Below are positions 7,636 to 10,596 of a stretch of DNA of 10,596 nt, piece after piece. Each line of letters starts with the position of its first letter. Within the stretch, counting starts at the first letter, position 1. Source of the DNA: Candidatus Subterrananammoxibius californiae. Its GTDB lineage: Bacteria; Planctomycetota; Brocadiia; Brocadiales; Subterrananammoxibiaceae. The position numbers and the translations under genes are program-made. The notes under the pieces were generated by a model. It saw nothing but the letters and a program-made list of their open reading frames with translations, had not been told where the DNA came from and searched no databases. Location: the NCBI GenBank assembly GCA_030586555.1, contig JAURAC010000054.1, forward strand, positions 1-10,596. Reading direction: 5' to 3'.

Positions 7636-7894
7636 ATATACGAAACGTTTTCTTAAAGAACTCTCCATGTTACCCAAAAAGATACAGGTAAAGGCTGAAA
7701 GGATAGTTTTTAATGAGTTGCCATCTTCCAACCCATTTGAACTCGGGTATATTGAACGCATGACAGGTTATCCTGACAAATATAAAATCCGTTTGGGAGA
7801 TTATAGAATAGGAATAACTCTCGATAAAGATAATCAAATAATTGTTTGTCAGCGTACAGCACATCGCAAGGATATATACAGAATATTTCCATAG
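7622..7894 (+). CDS. relE: RelE/ParE-family toxin
   Basis: WKVEYTKRFLKELSMLP, YKIRLGDYRIG, HRKDIYRIFP. Confidence 0.92.
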   Translation: MWKVEYTKRFLKELSMLPKKIQVKAERIVFNELPSSNPFELGYIERMTGYPDKYKIRLGDYRIGITLDKDNQIIVCQRTAHRKDIYRIFP

Positions 7895-8074
7895 AAATAC
7901 AATATTTCATTTCAAACAGACGGCGTAAATGTCACCTATGAATTTAGCCGCTAATGCCAAAATTCTGCAAACGGCCACGAATGAACACGAATAAATACGA
8001 ATACTTTAGCACAAGGATTACCATAGAATAAAAATAAACTTTAGTTTTTAATATATCGGACTAGCCGTAGACGT

Positions 8075-9472
8075 ATGGAATATAAACTACCACCCATAGA
8101 GATTCCCCAAGACGATCCGTTCCGATTCGATGCGTTGAATCGCCGAGCTTCTGTAGAATTCATAGCCTCTCTTTTCGATGCTCTAAAAGGCCCTTTTGTT
8201 TTGGCAATTGACTCTCCATGGGGAACGGGCAAGACGACTTTTGTTCGAATGTTAAAAACCTTTCTTGAGTCAAAAGGATTTGTTTGCCTTTATTTCAATG
8301 CGTGGGAAACAGATTTCACAACTGACCCGCTTGTAGCGTTTCTAGGCGAGCTAGACCAACTTCGCAAACATTACGAACAAAAGGATAATGATTTTAAGAC
8401 TTATTTTAATAAGACAAAAAAGATAGCAACTCTTCTTGCGAAGAAAGCTCTGCCAGTTGCAGGCAAAATTGCAACAGCAGGACTTTTTGATTTGGATGCA
8501 TTTATTAAAGAGGCGCTTGCGGACCTTGTGGCTGATGTAGTTGACGATGCCGTAGATGCATACACGGCGGAAAAAAACTTATTAGAACAATTCCATAAAT
8601 CACTAACTAGCACTATCGAAAGACTGAATACCGAGGGAAAAAAACCTCAGTTGATTGTGTTCGTAGATGAAGTAGACAGGTGTAGGCCAACTTTTGCTGT
8701 GGAATTGTTAGAACGCATAAAACACCTGTTCAATGTGCCAAATGCAATCTTTGTGATATCACTGGACAAGCAGCAATTAGCAGTAAGCCTGTCGGCTGTT
8801 TATGGAAGCGGAATAAACTCAGAAGAATACTTGCGCCGTTTTATAGATCCTGAGTACGCATTGCCAAGAGTTAATACTAAGGCCTTTACAAAGAACCTTT
8901 TCCTACGATTTGGATTTGAAGAATTTTTCTCTGCTCGAACTCATAGAGAATTTCTTTACGATAGTAAACATCTTGAAGAAACCTTTAATGCATTATCCGA
9001 TTTGCTTGGGTTAAGTTTGCATGCACGTGAACAATGTTTTACCAGAATTCGAGTGGCAATGATGACAACTCCAAAAGATCACTATTTCCATCCGCTACTG
9101 CTTACAACATTAGTAGTACTTAAAGTGGGAGCACCAGAGGCTTACAAAAGATATGTTCTCGAAGAAGGAACTTCTGGAGAAGTAACTGAATATTTGCGTA
9201 GTTTAAAGGGTGGCGGAGAATTCATTAATTCTCGTCTTGGAAGCATAATTGAAGCTCACCTTATGGTGGCAAAAACCCGCGGAAGGTATGAAGAGTCTGC
9301 CGAAATGAAGCGCTATAATGAGATTATAAAAAACCCGTCAGCAAGCCCGGAAGATAAAGCACGCTCAGAGCTAATAGTGCAAATTGTAACCGATATGTCA
9401 TTTCACGATAAAACACCTTCTCTTGCGTATGTTGTAAATAAAATTGATTTGGCAACACAGTTTGAACCGTGA
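8075..9472 (+). CDS. KAP-family P-loop NTPase
   Basis: DALNR, Walker A AIDSPWGTGKT, FNAWETDF, Walker B VFVDEVDRCRP, LLERIKHLF, EYLRRFID. Confidence 0.92.
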   Translation: MEYKLPPIEIPQDDPFRFDALNRRASVEFIASLFDALKGPFVLAIDSPWGTGKTTFVRMLKTFLESKGFVCLYFNAWETDFTTDPLVAFLGELDQLRKHYEQKDNDFKTYFNKTKKIATLLAKKALPVAGKIATAGLFDLDAFIKEALADLVADVVDDAVDAYTAEKNLLEQFHKSLTSTIERLNTEGKKPQLIVFVDEVDRCRPTFAVELLERIKHLFNVPNAIFVISLDKQQLAVSLSAVYGSGINSEEYLRRFIDPEYALPRVNTKAFTKNLFLRFGFEEFFSARTHREFLYDSKHLEETFNALSDLLGLSLHAREQCFTRIRVAMMTTPKDHYFHPLLLTTLVVLKVGAPEAYKRYVLEEGTSGEVTEYLRSLKGGGEFINSRLGSIIEAHLMVAKTRGRYEESAEMKRYNEIIKNPSASPEDKARSELIVQIVTDMSFHDKTPSLAYVVNKIDLATQFEP

Positions 9473-9690
9473 ACAAAAGTTGAGAAATGAAATCAAACGA
9501 ATCTCACAAGCGGGCAACAGACAGCCACCGCTGGGTTCTGGTGTTACATATCATGAATAAACAGGCAAATACCAAGATGCCTTCTTATGGATGAAAGGAA
9601 AGGTATCTTACTTTTGGTCAACGGACGGTGGCCTGCAAGGGATGTGGTATTCCTTTAATTTAAAGACCTTTAATTGACTTGTTTTTACCG

Positions 9691-10114
9691 ATGCTTGATA
9701 TTAAAAAGCTTGAAACCATATTTAAGGATTATCCTTATATTGCTTCTGCATACCTTTTTTGGCTCGTATTCTTCAAGTAAAGCAGGCCCTATAAGTGATG
9801 TGGATATCGCACTATTACTGAAAGGCAATGCGCCTGAAGGGCGGGAGTTGATACATGAAGAAGACTATCTCGCATACAGAATTGGAAAGATTCTAGGGAT
9901 TAATGAAGTTGATTTAATTGACTTGAACAGTCAGAAATTAATACTATGTCATAATGTATTAAAAACCGGAAGGCTTATTTACGACGCCGATACAGCAATC
10001 AGAATAAGATTTGAAACACGGGTAATCAGCAGCTTCTGTGATTTCGAACCAACCCTTCGCTTTATGGAAAGATTTCATCTTCAAGGCATAATAAAAAGGT
10101 GCACGAACCTATGA
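9691..10114 (+). pseudogene. mntA: Minimal nucleotidyltransferase (MntA-like antitoxin), +1 frameshift
   Basis: ATG 9691 gives MLDIKKLETIFKDYPYIASAYLF; removing one T from the T6 run at 9755-9760 restores AYLFGS...SDVDIA...VDLIDLN. Confidence 0.82.
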
Positions 10115-10188
10115 ATAGGCAAGACATTCAATCGAAAATAGACATAAAAGAATTTTACATAAAACTCCTGGAAATTATCGATAAATAA
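10111..10188 (+). pseudogene. Internally deleted HEPN (DUF86/HepT-like) toxin remnant, 25 aa
   Basis: ATGA overlap with the MNT stop; MNRQDIQSKIDIKEFYIKLLEIIDK* resembles fused N- and C-termini; no RX4H motif. Confidence 0.6.
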
Positions 10189-10189
10189 C

Positions 10190-10596
10190 CTAGAAATGCA
10201 TCACACGGATAAAAATATTTTCAAATTCAGGGTTTTGAGATAACTCCAAAACTTGAGCGGTTCTGGCAATGGAAACCGACTTGCTTAGCAATTCCTCATT
10301 CAGGAGCAATCTCACTGCGCCCTCCAAACTTGAATTTCCAACATACAGAATTCTTGCATTTTTTAGCGGTGGCAAAAAACCTGTTCTGAAAAGGCTCTCC
10401 TCCTTCAGGTGATAACCGAACGCCCCTGCAATGAATAGTCCCAGTTCCTTTTCAAGTCCCTTGATGCCTTCCTTCAATGCCCCGCAAGTGGTCGTGGTTA
10501 CACCGCTCGAATGCCAGTCAAATCCCAGCACACATCCCAATGCCTGAAACCAGAATGGATCCGAAAGTCTTTTGGGTATTTCCTGCGGACCGTATT
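10190..10596 (-). pseudogene. Chimeric ORF: DUF763 N-terminal part fused in frame to the C-terminus of a RACo/DUF4445 ASKHA corrinoid reductive activator (5' end outside window)
   Basis: DUF763 residues identical up to LFIAG, then AFGYHL...GFLPP...YVGNSSLEGA...VLELSQNPEFENIFIRVMHF*, the RACo C-terminal pattern. Confidence 0.8.

Noticed and set aside
7974..8003. ACGAAT tandem units as a CRISPR array
   Set aside because: 10-bp period with no spacers and no cas genes
43..8613. Other short ORFs overlapping or antisense to assigned genes
   Set aside because: Shadow frames of well-supported CDSs
8055..9530. KAP gene as an integron cassette (ACTAGCCG upstream, GCGGGCAAC downstream)
   Set aside because: Cores are too degenerate and no attC stem follows
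6896..10596. DUF763 repeat pair as a DGR template/variable repeat
   Set aside because: Differences are not adenine-specific, all are synonymous, and no reverse transcriptase is in the window

Overview
Bacterial accessory region anchored by porB (5-919). Bases ~1150-4300 read as a decaying, integrase-less integron cassette array. It has a promoter and attI-like site, a hicB-hicA cassette and a 275-aa orphan cassette whose 5' GTT cores are complementary to their own 3' attC arms, and one complete attC (3392-3476). REP-type repeats and a transposase remnant interrupt it. Two exported-protein genes follow (thioredoxin-like, outer-membrane beta-barrel), then an intact DUF763 gene. A second cargo block (RelE-family TA pair, KAP NTPase, inactivated MNT-HEPN pair) ends in an in-frame DUF763/RACo chimera that duplicates at least 172 bp of the DUF763 gene. 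Six type II/VII toxin-antitoxin loci occur in about 9 kb, three of them broken. Family calls come from motif recognition only; no searches were run. The repeat styles and gene content suggest an anaerobic diderm such as an anammox planctomycete (inference).
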